DNA of 64,000 bases, taken from positions 1-64,000 of the IMG/VR virus record IMGVR_UViG_3300012953_000001, one strand, 5' to 3'. The DNA comes from a virus. Below the pieces are notes generated by a model. That model searched no databases. It was not told where the DNA came from and was given only the letters and a program-made list of their open reading frames with translations. Both the position numbers and the translations under genes were made by a program. Shown piece by piece: positions 1 to 8,756 of the stretch (position 1 is its first letter; the number at the start of each line of letters is the position of its first letter).

Positions 1-1
1 A

Positions 2-202
2 AGTTTTAGTGAGGTCCTTGACTACCATGCAAAGTGGTACGCCAAAGAGCTTAGTATTGAGGAGATTACCGACGAACTCAGCCAACTCTACTATGACACC
101 TACAAAGGCCGTGGGTACGTAGAAGAGGAAGAAGATGCCCAAGAGGTACTGGCGGCGGAGTTTGAAGAGGAAGACGACGAACCTGTGGGGGTGGCGGTAT
201 GA
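2..202 (+). CDS. 3' end of an upstream gene with acidic C-terminal tail (partial)
   Basis: Frame 2 is open from the window edge to TGA at 200-202 (…VEEEEDAQEVLAAEFEEEDDEPVGVAV*). The ATGA overlap with the next gene suggests translational coupling. Confidence 0.6.
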   Translation, partial: SFSEVLDYHAKWYAKELSIEEITDELSQLYYDTYKGRGYVEEEEDAQEVLAAEFEEEDDEPVGVAV

Positions 203-858
203 TTGATACTACCCGACAGTCTGGAATTATCCCCGACGAACAAGTCCAAAAAGCCTCTGTGGCTATCATCGGTGCGGGGGCCATTGGTTCCCATACCGCT
301 GAGGCTCTCTGTAAGATGGGAATTAGGAAAATTCGCATCTATGACTTCGATGATGTTGAGGCTCACAACGTAGCCAATCAAGGCTATTTCGTGACCGAAA
401 TTGGGTATAAGAAATGTGAAGCCCTACAGAGTCGTTTATCTGAAGGGACGGGTGCGGAAATCATTTCCGAGACTCGAAGGTTCGAAGCCGGTGAAAAGTT
501 CAAAGAGGACTACGTTATCTCAGCAGTAGATAACATGTCTTCTCGTTCTGACATCTGGTCTAGTTTCCTGATGAGTACTGGATCTAAGTATTTCCTAGAT
601 GGTCGTATGGGTGCGCGTGAAGGGTCAGTGTTCTTTGTGGACAAGGCCAAAGCAGAAACTGTAGCACGTTACGACCGAAGCCTGTTCCCTGACGAAGAAG
701 CGGTTCAACTACCGTGCACGGAGAAAAGCACCATTTTCTGCGCATACGGGATTTCAAGTATTATCGGTGCTCTTGTTGCCAAAAGTCTTATTGGTGATGA
801 GATAAATTACTCGGTGGATGTAGATTTCTCCAACTTCCACCTAAATAGAAACAGCTAG
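199..858 (+). CDS. ThiF/MoeB/E1-like adenylyltransferase
   Basis: Rossmann VAIIGAGAIGS, IYDFDDVEAHNVANQ, ISAVDN…R, FLDGRM, and a C-terminal LPC Cys. Confidence 0.85.
   Translation: MIDTTRQSGIIPDEQVQKASVAIIGAGAIGSHTAEALCKMGIRKIRIYDFDDVEAHNVANQGYFVTEIGYKKCEALQSRLSEGTGAEIISETRRFEAGEKFKEDYVISAVDNMSSRSDIWSSFLMSTGSKYFLDGRMGAREGSVFFVDKAKAETVARYDRSLFPDEEAVQLPCTEKSTIFCAYGISSIIGALVAKSLIGDEINYSVDVDFSNFHLNRNS
404..419 (+). promoter_or_regulatory. Intragenic copy of the GGYATAAG-N3-TRTGA motif
   Basis: GGTATAAGAAATGTGA differs at 2 of 16 positions from the copy at 32096. It lies inside the ThiF ORF, so it may be chance. Confidence 0.3.
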
Positions 859-884
859 CTAGCAAATTTATAGAGGAGATAGTT

Positions 885-1697
885 ATGGCTACCAACAACA
901 ACAACGACGGAAAGAAGTCTTCCAACAAGTCCAAATGGACACTCCCAGGCATGGGACAAGCAATGCTCAACTTGGTTGAGCCTGCACGAGCCCCAGATGT
1001 CATTACAATTCACTACAACAACACTGTTACCCGCATGTGTCGAATCATCGACAAGGACTCGGGCGAAATCTTTTACACGGGTGTTCCGGAAACAACCACC
1101 GGTCACAAGTGTAAGTTTGGTTTCACTCTTGGGTGTGACGGGTACTTCGACGGCTCTGCGGCAATGAACTTCATTGCTGCGGGCGGCTGGAAGCGTGGAA
1201 CTCGAAAGCCTACGGGTGCTGAAAAGGCCCAGGCTCGTGAGCAGTTCGTCACGTCGTTCCTAAGTGCTGCTATCCAGCACCGCGATCCTTCTTCCCGACC
1301 TCATAACTTTGAGGAACTGAAGAACGTGGTGTCGGAGACAAGTGGTCTGAAGGTTGAAGAGGGTGAAATGAGTGAGTCTGAGCTACGAACCCTGAGTCTT
1401 ATGGCTGTCCCCTTCCACATTGTGGAGGTGGCACTTAAGCGAGGGCTACGCTTGGTCACAAACGTTCCTGAGTATATTGCTAACCTTGTCCAGCCTGCCT
1501 ACGCAAAATGCGAGGAAGGGTCTTGGAACAAGGAAAGTTCTCAGGTAGCCATTACATCTGCTCTTTCCACTAGCCACACGCAGCTTATGCGTGAGGCAGG
1601 TCTTCGGTTCAAGAAAGTCCGTACTTACACAGTCGCTGCGGCGTCTGGTGAGAAGGGCAACAAGACCAAGGGCCAACCTACAGTGGAGCGTGGCTAA
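885..1697 (+). CDS. Hypothetical protein (270 aa)
   Basis: Long ORF with GAGGAG RBS, followed by a strong hairpin; no family recognised. Confidence 0.7.
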   Translation: MATNNNNDGKKSSNKSKWTLPGMGQAMLNLVEPARAPDVITIHYNNTVTRMCRIIDKDSGEIFYTGVPETTTGHKCKFGFTLGCDGYFDGSAAMNFIAAGGWKRGTRKPTGAEKAQAREQFVTSFLSAAIQHRDPSSRPHNFEELKNVVSETSGLKVEEGEMSESELRTLSLMAVPFHIVEVALKRGLRLVTNVPEYIANLVQPAYAKCEEGSWNKESSQVAITSALSTSHTQLMREAGLRFKKVRTYTVAAASGEKGNKTKGQPTVERG

Positions 1698-1703
1698 GTA
1701 ACG

Positions 1704-1762
1704 GTGGGGGTGTAGTACGGTCCAGTAGGGCTGTGCTGCACCTCCACTTCCCACACTTTTTT
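1704..1762 (+). terminator. 20-bp G-U-rich hairpin plus T tract (intrinsic terminator or processing stem)
   Basis: Arms 1704-1723 and 1728-1747 pair at all 20 positions (5 G-U wobbles, valid only on the + strand), loop AGTA, followed by a T6 run. Confidence 0.75.
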
Positions 1763-1775
1763 ATTGGTTATGTAA

Positions 1776-1810
1776 CAGATTTAAATCTGCTATTAACAGA
1801 AACATACCTG
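1776..1810. promoter_or_regulatory. Tandem palindromic operator pair CAG-N8-CTG
   Basis: CAGATTTAAATCTG (1776-1789, perfect palindrome) and CAGAAACATACCTG (1797-1810); starts are 21 bp apart. Confidence 0.55.
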
Positions 1811-1852
1811 TCATATAAAATGTAGGTTTTACGGCTACTTACAGAGGATATG

Positions 1853-1872
1853 TGGTATAAGGCTTGTGACAG
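1853..1872 (+). promoter_or_regulatory. Putative promoter TGGTATAAGGCTTGTGACAG
   Basis: 17/20 identical to 32095-32114; the core resembles an extended -10 (TGnTATAAT); upstream of a GGAGG RBS and ATG 1920. Confidence 0.6.
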
Positions 1873-1919
1873 AAAGATAGTTGCTACGGCTCTATACTTC
1901 TAATCTAACCGGAGGAGCG

Positions 1920-2987
1920 ATGGTGTTAGAACTAATCAACGTACGGGTCAAACCTCATGTAAAGGTTTCCTGCCATCCGACTTCCACAACTAACAAATGG
2001 TCTAGAAACGATTTCATTGATCCTGAAGACGATGAAGTCTGGGATGAGTCAGATCTTACTCCTACTGAAAGAGGCCACATCTACTTGTGGAAAGAAGATG
2101 CTGAGGCATGGGTACATATCTTCATGCCTTACAGAATAATGGACGCAGAAACAGCTGGTCTGGTCAAAGGATTTAAGACCTACAGAAGCACTGCTCCATT
2201 TGTAACTGGTAAACAATACGCTTTAGATAAGTTCGCGAAGAACCCAAAGAGTTGTTTACAGACATTCAAATTCACCAGAGATCTTTTCTCTACCTTCAAA
2301 AGTAGAGTAGAAGCTCTAGGTGGTATTCTTGAGAAAGATGAAATTGATGTAGATGCTTTTGTAAAAAGCATTCAGGCAGCTAGAACAAAAGCTTCTGAGA
2401 TTGCAGAATCTATATCAACATTCAGAGAAACGTTCTGTTCTCCAAGTGGAACAGTTCTGGATACGAAGGAATCAAAGGACCAAGCTTTAACAGCTTTCGC
2501 CTCTTCCAGAGAATCCATTATAGCCTTGTCTGAAGAAAAAGTATTGCTAGCGAAAACTTTAGATAGGCTAAGTAAAGAAGTTGGTAACGAGACAGCGTAC
2601 GTAGAAGCAAATGAATGGTTCCAGATGTTGAACAGTTCTATTGTATCGCTCAGAGGAACTGACTTCGTAAGACTTGAAAGAGAAGTGATACACAAGCACA
2701 GAGTTGATACAGGAGACTTAACAGATACTGCTAAGCCACCTACAATGATGTCCCTTGTGTCAGAGATAGAAACTCTGAAGCGTTACTATCCAAGTCTTCA
2801 AAAACTTGTTGTCATCGGTGAGAACGTATCCTTTGAGCTTCCTGGCTTAAAGATTACTTTGATGTCCGATGGATCTATTAAAGCCTCAGGCGACCCTGCA
2901 ATCCTAAAGCCTTACATTGAGGGAGCTACCTCAGTGCAGGCACAGGGCAGGAGAAGACGTGCGATCTATACAAAAGAAGAGAAATGA
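1920..2987 (+). CDS. Hypothetical protein with central helical/coiled-coil region
   Basis: Long ORF; ATG 1920 preceded by GGAGGAG is preferred over the TTG at 1881. Confidence 0.7.
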   Translation: MVLELINVRVKPHVKVSCHPTSTTNKWSRNDFIDPEDDEVWDESDLTPTERGHIYLWKEDAEAWVHIFMPYRIMDAETAGLVKGFKTYRSTAPFVTGKQYALDKFAKNPKSCLQTFKFTRDLFSTFKSRVEALGGILEKDEIDVDAFVKSIQAARTKASEIAESISTFRETFCSPSGTVLDTKESKDQALTAFASSRESIIALSEEKVLLAKTLDRLSKEVGNETAYVEANEWFQMLNSSIVSLRGTDFVRLEREVIHKHRVDTGDLTDTAKPPTMMSLVSEIETLKRYYPSLQKLVVIGENVSFELPGLKITLMSDGSIKASGDPAILKPYIEGATSVQAQGRRRRAIYTKEEK

Positions 2988-2997
2988 GGATGGGTGG

Positions 2998-3011
2998 CAG
3001 ATAATAATCTG
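2998..3011. promoter_or_regulatory. Palindromic operator CAGAT-N4-ATCTG
   Basis: CAGATAATAATCTG has the same half-sites as 1776-1789. Confidence 0.5.
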
Positions 3012-3070
3012 CGCCTACTGCCGAGCAGAAAACATCCACTAAATGCCCGTTATTCCTACAGTTTTGTGCA

Positions 3071-3105
3071 CAGATAAATTACTGTTATTGGCAGTAACTA
3101 ATCTG
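3071..3105. promoter_or_regulatory. Second tandem operator pair CAG-N8-CTG
   Basis: CAGATAAATTACTG (3071-3084) and CAGTAACTAATCTG (3092-3105); starts are again 21 bp apart. Confidence 0.55.
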
Positions 3106-3280
3106 TCATTCTGGAGGGGTAGGGAAAAAGAGTGGGCGTTGATATTACTAAGTTGCAATATTAATATTAGAGGACTAATACTATATGCGCTCGGCTTACT
3201 GCGATAATAGTGTTGCAATTATTTGCGGTAATATTACCCACTGAACTATTAAATGAAAAAATTCATTCGAAGGAGAAAAC

Positions 3281-4195
3281 ATGCAGCGTCAATTGAAGCT
3301 GAAGAAATTCAACTTTGACGATATCGAGAGAAACGCAGACGGCTTTCAGAATTGTCGTAAGGCAGATGCGTTTGAGGTCGAGGAGTTAAAGGAGTCCATC
3401 AAGCGAGACGGGCTGCTTAATCCACCTATTGTCAGAGTCTACAACGACGAGGAGGGCACTGAACGTGTTGTACTTCTTGCTGGTTACCGTAGGTACCAAG
3501 CCATCTCTGAAGAGCGTTCTTCGCTCAAAGAGGCTGGTGAGGACACCAGTAAGTTTTATGACCAAATCCAGTGTACGGTTTTTACCGGAGGTCTCGATGA
3601 GGCCCTTGCTCTAAACCTGAGCGAGAATATGCAGAGAAGCTCTCTTAACCATGCAGATCAGTGTGAGGCAATCGCCAAGCTCTGTGACCGTGTTGGTAAC
3701 CAAGAGACTGTAGCTTCTATGCTCTCAATCTCACAGCCACAGGTGTCGGTTATGACCGCCACGTATCGTGGTCTTTGTAAGGAGGCTTTTGAGGCTCTCC
3801 GACACGGGAACATCCGACTCAACCAAGCCAAGAAGTTGGCTAAGGTTGTGAAGGGTGACGGAACTCCAGATGTCAGACGACAGACGGAGATTCTAGAGCA
3901 GATCCTTACGACTGAGGATCGAACAGTTCCGGATGGTTCTCAGCGTAAACGCGCAAAGACCTATCGCTCCAAGCGAGAGGTTGAGGAACTCCGAACTAAG
4001 CTCGCACAGGCTGATGATGACAACATCGATGCAGACCATCGACGTTCCATCGCTCAGTTGATTCGTTGGTACTTCTGCGAACTCGATACAGACGACATGT
4101 TGTATCGCGTTGATGAAGCCGAAGGCGTGGAGGTCGTTGAAGAGGCCCCCGCACCACGGAAGAAGAAGCGGAAGAAAATCCGAGTAGGCGAGTAA
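3281..4195 (+). CDS. ParB/Srx-family protein with HTH
   Basis: LKESIKRDGLLNPPIVR, LLAGYRRY (GxRR CTPase motif), LSENMQR, HTH QETVASMLSISQPQVS; GAAGGAG RBS. Confidence 0.85.
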   Translation: MQRQLKLKKFNFDDIERNADGFQNCRKADAFEVEELKESIKRDGLLNPPIVRVYNDEEGTERVVLLAGYRRYQAISEERSSLKEAGEDTSKFYDQIQCTVFTGGLDEALALNLSENMQRSSLNHADQCEAIAKLCDRVGNQETVASMLSISQPQVSVMTATYRGLCKEAFEALRHGNIRLNQAKKLAKVVKGDGTPDVRRQTEILEQILTTEDRTVPDGSQRKRAKTYRSKREVEELRTKLAQADDDNIDADHRRSIAQLIRWYFCELDTDDMLYRVDEAEGVEVVEEAPAPRKKKRKKIRVGE

Positions 4196-4199
4196 TTAA

Positions 4200-5780
4200 A
4201 TGAGGTCGGTTGAAGAACTCGACCTCCTGATAAGAGCTGCCTACCCGGCCATCTTTGTAGTTTCATACGAAGAAGGTCGGGTAGAGCAGTCTCTCTCAGG
4301 AATAGTCGAGAAGCGCAACAGCATCACTGGAAGTAACTCCAAACTCCATGTTTGGTCTATAACTGAAGGTTGCCGTTGTGGAGATCATGTACTATCTGAA
4401 CTCGACGGCCCCCTGGATATCTTGGACTACATTCAAGACTACAGGGAATCCGGCGTGTTCCTATTAAGAGACTTCGCAAATTTTCTTAACACTGGGCCAG
4501 AATATTTAGTTCAAAGGAAACTCAGAGACACGCTGACCAATCTAGGTGCTGGCGTGACTATTGTTATTGTTGACTCTGAATTAGAAATCCCACCCAGGCT
4601 AGAGAAGCTTATTGCGGTCATTGATTTTGACCTACCAAGCTTGCGAGAACTAAGCGGTACCGCGAACCTTCTAATGGCAGACTGCGCAGCAACTGCCTCT
4701 CTTCCAGAAGAAGCTCGGAACCATATGGTTGAGATTGGGTCAAAAGCAGCCCTTGGGCTAACCTTGGCAGAAGCCGAGAATGTTTTTGCTAAGTCTCTAG
4801 CACACGCAAGCATGTTAGATCCCCAGATCGTTATCGAAGAGAAAAAGCATATCATCCGTAAAAGCGGTGTATTGCAGTTCTACGATGTTGATAGGGGTAT
4901 GAGTACCGTTGGTGGGCTCGACAACCTCAAAAGCTGGTTAGACCAGAGAGGTGAGTCCTTTAGCCAAGAAGCACGAGAGTACGGACTTCCCAATCCCAGA
5001 GGTGTCTTAATTGTAGGCATCCCAGGAACTGGTAAGAGTCTTATCTCAAAGTGTATTGGACATTCTTGGGGCATGCCTGTCTTAAGAATGGATGTTGGTT
5101 CTCTGTTTGGCTCTTTAGTGGGTCAGTCAGAGGCAAACATGCGTAAAGCGCTCAAGACCGCTGAGGCTCTTGCTCCTTGTGTCCTTTGGATTGACGAGCT
5201 TGAGAAAAGCCTCGGAAGTCCAAGTGGCGTGTCTGACAGTGGTACCACAGCTAGAGTTTTTGGTTCTTTCTTGAGTTGGATGCAGGAAAAGACTTCCCCG
5301 GTGTTTGTTGTTGCTACAGCTAATGATGTATCAGCACTTCCACCAGAGATGTTACGTAAAGGACGCTTTGACGAATTATTTTTCGTTGACCTGCCCGATG
5401 CTAGTGACCGTGCAAACATCTTATGTATTCACCTAGATAGATATAATCGAAGTATTTTGATTAATACCGAAACACCATTTGGAGACAATGTAGAGTCTTG
5501 GAATGAGTTAATAGAGGCTACAGACGGCTTTTCTGGCGCAGAGTTAGAACAGGTTGTTATTGACGCAATGTATAAAGCTTTCCCTGAAGGCCGAGAACCT
5601 ACTGAGGTAGACTACATCGAGTCAGCAAACAACACTGTTCCATTGTCTGCGACCATGGAAACAAAGATTGATAGTCTTCGTAAATGGGCTTCTGGAAGAG
5701 CTATTTCTGCAAACAACGAGAACACTGACCGGCAATCTAAGCCAAAGGCTAAGAGGGTCAGGAGGAGAGTCATGAATTGA
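4200..5780 (+). CDS. Ycf46-like AAA+ ATPase (degenerate N-terminal AAA plus active C-terminal AAA)
   Basis: N-term [17 protein letters not shown]; Walker A GIPGTGKS; Walker B LWIDELEK; [22 protein letters not shown]. Confidence 0.88.
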   Translation: MRSVEELDLLIRAAYPAIFVVSYEEGRVEQSLSGIVEKRNSITGSNSKLHVWSITEGCRCGDHVLSELDGPLDILDYIQDYRESGVFLLRDFANFLNTGPEYLVQRKLRDTLTNLGAGVTIVIVDSELEIPPRLEKLIAVIDFDLPSLRELSGTANLLMADCAATASLPEEARNHMVEIGSKAALGLTLAEAENVFAKSLAHASMLDPQIVIEEKKHIIRKSGVLQFYDVDRGMSTVGGLDNLKSWLDQRGESFSQEAREYGLPNPRGVLIVGIPGTGKSLISKCIGHSWGMPVLRMDVGSLFGSLVGQSEANMRKALKTAEALAPCVLWIDELEKSLGSPSGVSDSGTTARVFGSFLSWMQEKTSPVFVVATANDVSALPPEMLRKGRFDELFFVDLPDASDRANILCIHLDRYNRSILINTETPFGDNVESWNELIEATDGFSGAELEQVVIDAMYKAFPEGREPTEVDYIESANNTVPLSATMETKIDSLRKWASGRAISANNENTDRQSKPKAKRVRRRVMN

Positions 5781-6643
5781 AGAAGTATCGCACTGGGGTA
5801 TGCCAGTTAGACGAGGCTTTGCTGGGTGGATTCCCTTGCGGAGTTTCTGAGGTCGTGGGTGGAGATGCCTGCGGCAAGACAACGATCTGCCTTAGTGTGA
5901 TGCGCGAAGCTTCAATTGATGGTTTACCAACCGCTCTCGTCTACACAGAAGGCTTACCCGACAAAACTTACTTTGGTACTGCGGGGCCAGACAGCTGTGT
6001 TGTCGCTACTCCTAGGTTCGGGGAGGCTGCTATTGAAGCAGCCTTCTCGTTCCTCAGGGGTGGTGCAAAGGTGGTTGTTATTGATAGCCTCACTAACTTG
6101 GGAACTTACACTGAAAGGGATTACCCGGTTGGTGCTAGAGAACCCTACGGTCTTAAGAAGATGGCCTATCATGGGTTGTCTGTTTTAAGAGAAGAGGCGC
6201 ACGACCGAGAGGCATTAGTGCTGGTCACAAGCCAGCTTAGAGTTCCTATTGGGGCACTTGTCCCAACGCCCGGGTCTTCATTTGAAGGCACCATTAATAA
6301 TATATGTGAAACCAGAATCATGAATAGGCGAGCGCAGATTCGAACCGAATACGGAGAGCTTGCGTACGCCAAAATAGAATTTTCGATCTTTAGGTCTTTA
6401 GGTGCCCCACCGGGAAGTAAGGCATACGGATTTATATTTAACCAAAAAGGTTTTGATCGTAACTTTGAACTGCTTAGGGCCCTAATCGCCAACGACACAT
6501 TGCGTCAATCTGGTGCCTATTTCACAGACCCGGATGGAAATAATCTAGGCCCTGGGTACTATGAAGCAGCCGAACAAGTTGGACAAAACTTTAATAACTA
6601 CTGGAGAAGACTCTATGGAAGTCAAAGTAATAGTGAATCCTGA
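5777..6643 (+). CDS. Short, divergent RecA/RadA-like ATPase
   Basis: TGVCQLDEALLGGFPCG, Walker A GGDACGKT, Walker B VVVIDS, VTSQLR. Confidence 0.7.
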   Translation: MKKYRTGVCQLDEALLGGFPCGVSEVVGGDACGKTTICLSVMREASIDGLPTALVYTEGLPDKTYFGTAGPDSCVVATPRFGEAAIEAAFSFLRGGAKVVVIDSLTNLGTYTERDYPVGAREPYGLKKMAYHGLSVLREEAHDREALVLVTSQLRVPIGALVPTPGSSFEGTINNICETRIMNRRAQIRTEYGELAYAKIEFSIFRSLGAPPGSKAYGFIFNQKGFDRNFELLRALIANDTLRQSGAYFTDPDGNNLGPGYYEAAEQVGQNFNNYWRRLYGSQSNSES

Positions 6644-6800
6644 TGGTTCAACCGTGATTGAGGTTGATGGCATTAAGGGGTCAGGATGTACCGAGTACAC
6701 CGACGCTGTCGTTAAGGCGCTCGGAGGAAAAGTTACTTCTGACACCAAGAAGCCTGAGTACCACGAGCAAGCGGACGACAATGTTAAGGCGGGTTCCTAA
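6615..6800 (+). CDS. DUF2997-like small protein
   Basis: MEVKVIVNPDGSTVIEVDGIKGSGC…ALG…KKPEY matches the family pattern; start ATG 6615 after GGAGA. Confidence 0.75.
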   Translation: MEVKVIVNPDGSTVIEVDGIKGSGCTEYTDAVVKALGGKVTSDTKKPEYHEQADDNVKAGS

Positions 6801-7394
6801 TTGAGGATATCGTCGATAACCAAGAATAGTTATGCCAATGGCCCAGGAAGAAGAAATGTTCTTCATGTCCAAGGATGTGGTCTGGCTTGTCCTGGTTGCT
6901 TCAACAAGCATACCTGGGCAAAGAAGGGCGGAAGAGAAACAACAGTCTCAGAGGTAGCCACAGAGCTTCTGGCGGACACCCCGGACGGTATTACTATCTC
7001 CGGTGGTGAGCCAATGGAGCAGTGGGAAGATGTCCAAAACTTAATCAAAGAGATGCTGGTCGTAAGGCCTACATTATCAGTGATAATATTTACTGGTTGG
7101 ACAAAAAATCGTCTCGAAAAGTCTGGCTATCTGGACGATATGAGAGATTCATATTACCTTAATGAGACGCTTGTCTCTATGCTTGTTTCTGGTCCCTATG
7201 TTGAAAAGTTGGCGTGCTCAGACCGCCCCCTTATCTCTTCATCAAACCAGGAAATTATATATGTGAACCCTGCCTACGAGCAGGTTGATTTGAATACTAT
7301 CCCAAGGGTTGAAGTTTCTTGCGGACCAGACGGAACAATACAGATATCTGGCCTGCCTGACTCCAGCACTTTGGGCGCAATCAAGGAGGGCTAA
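6801..7394 (+). CDS. Radical SAM protein, NrdG/PflA activase-like
   Basis: LHVQGCGLACPGCFN (CxxxCxxC), ITISGGEPMEQ, IFTG, SSNQ. Confidence 0.85.
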   Translation: MRISSITKNSYANGPGRRNVLHVQGCGLACPGCFNKHTWAKKGGRETTVSEVATELLADTPDGITISGGEPMEQWEDVQNLIKEMLVVRPTLSVIIFTGWTKNRLEKSGYLDDMRDSYYLNETLVSMLVSGPYVEKLACSDRPLISSSNQEIIYVNPAYEQVDLNTIPRVEVSCGPDGTIQISGLPDSSTLGAIKEG

Positions 7395-7808
7395 ATGTCC
7401 GCGTTAATCACTTGTGAGACCTGCATGAAAGATAAAAAGGCGGTCATCACAGCCCTAGAGAAACTAGGTATTCCGAGAGAGGAAATTCAGGTAGCCAACC
7501 CCGGTGAGACACTTGAGCTAATTGGCTACGGTAGGCAGCGGGCTCAGGTAGAGATCCTCATTAAGAAGTCTTACTACTCTGGGTATGGAGACGTAGGTTT
7601 CGCCAAAGGAGAGAACGGAGGATATACAGTTTATGTAGACGATCTTGACGATGGCGGTAGGCTTGGGGCCAAGGTAGGACAGAAGTTCTCCGAAGGAGTC
7701 AACCAGTGGTATGCCGCTGTGGTTGCTCAGAAGGCTTTGAAGAAGCAAGGTCTCGTGACTAAAGTTAAGAAAGACGGTAATAAGATTGTAGTCGTTGCAA
7801 AAGGGTAG
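7395..7808 (+). CDS. DUF1257 (Ycf35)-like protein
   Basis: MS.L…KDKKAVITALEKLG, DVGF…GYTVYVDD, ALKKQG.V..V; the usual neighbour of Ycf46-type AAA and DUF2997 genes. Confidence 0.75.
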   Translation: MSALITCETCMKDKKAVITALEKLGIPREEIQVANPGETLELIGYGRQRAQVEILIKKSYYSGYGDVGFAKGENGGYTVYVDDLDDGGRLGAKVGQKFSEGVNQWYAAVVAQKALKKQGLVTKVKKDGNKIVVVAKG

Positions 7809-7821
7809 CCTTGCAATGACG

Positions 7822-7853
7822 TGTGTGGGGGGATAAACCTCCCGCACATTTTT
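7822..7853 (+). terminator. Intrinsic terminator
   Basis: TGTGTGGGGGG-ATAAA-CCTCCCGCACA is an 11-bp stem (2 G-U) followed by TTTTT. Confidence 0.75.
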
Positions 7854-7868
7854 AGCTAGGAGGTAAAT

Positions 7869-8249
7869 ATGTTTTGGTTAAAAGCTTGGGATTGGTTGAA
7901 AACCTCTGCCGTAGAAGCATGGGAAGCAATTAAGAAGCTGCCACATTGGGCACTCGTTTCTTTTTTCACACTAATCGCAATCGCTTGGTGGGCTGTTCAG
8001 AAGTACATCTCGGGACAGAGGAAACTCAAGGTACGAACAGAGCAAGTCAAGATTGAGAAGCAGTTTGCCAAAGCAATAGAAGAAGCTGCGGATAAGCGTG
8101 AGTCTGATCGTGTTAAGATTCGAGAAGAATTCGAGAAGGAAAAAGAGAAGCTGGAGGAAGTCGATAAAGAGATCGACGAGGCAGCTAAAAAGGGTCCTGT
8201 GGGGATCGCAAAGGCTTGGGCGGAATACTTAGAAGGTAAGGGCAAATGA
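7869..8249 (+). CDS. i-spanin-like membrane protein (N-terminal TM plus coiled coil)
   Basis: One TM (WALVSFFTLIAIAWWAV), then a charged coiled coil; GGAGG RBS. Confidence 0.55.
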   Translation: MFWLKAWDWLKTSAVEAWEAIKKLPHWALVSFFTLIAIAWWAVQKYISGQRKLKVRTEQVKIEKQFAKAIEEAADKRESDRVKIREEFEKEKEKLEEVDKEIDEAAKKGPVGIAKAWAEYLEGKGK

Positions 8250-8665
8250 AGCACATCATAACAATCTACTTGTCTGTGGCACTGACCTTCCTGTCTATGC
8301 CAGACATGGCCTTCGCTGAGGAGTGTAAGGTTCCTGTGGCTTTAACAAGTCCCTGTAGCGGCGTACTACTCCCGCCCAACGCAGCAGAAGAAGGTCTTCG
8401 ATGCCTTAGGGTTGAAGTGCCTAAGCTCAAGCTGGAACTGAAGTACAACAAGGACCTGTTTACCAGCCAAAAGAACTACTACGACCTAGTGTTGGCTGCG
8501 GAAAAGCAACGATCCATCGACCTATCAAAACAGATCGATGTCCTTATGGCGAAACCATCACCTAGCAAATCTGTTTTCGAGAGCCCGGTCTTTTGGACGG
8601 TCGTTGGTGTTGTTATCGGAGCAGGAGCCACAATCGGTATCGCATACTCCCTCCCCAGAAATTGA
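8246..8665 (+). CDS. Secreted protein with C-terminal TM, spanin-partner-like
   Basis: Signal peptide ending AFA-EE, central coiled coil, C-terminal TM FWTVVGVVIGAGATIGIAY; ATGA overlap with the previous gene. Confidence 0.5.
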   Translation: MKHIITIYLSVALTFLSMPDMAFAEECKVPVALTSPCSGVLLPPNAAEEGLRCLRVEVPKLKLELKYNKDLFTSQKNYYDLVLAAEKQRSIDLSKQIDVLMAKPSPSKSVFESPVFWTVVGVVIGAGATIGIAYSLPRN

Positions 8666-8746
8666 CCAACAAAACGGACAATAGATATCTCCATCTGTCT
8701 GATGGAAATACCTAGCGCAGTGCGGGCACTGTCTCGCTATCCTCAA
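8558..8746 (-). CDS. Possible small Zn-ribbon protein
   Basis: CPHC…CPFC pair, but TTG start, weak RBS and a 108-bp antisense overlap with the convergent gene. Confidence 0.3.
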   Translation of the reverse strand: MRIARQCPHCARYFHQTDGDIYCPFCWSISGEGVCDTDCGSCSDNNTNDRPKDRALENRFAR

Positions 8747-8756
8747 TGCCTACTAA

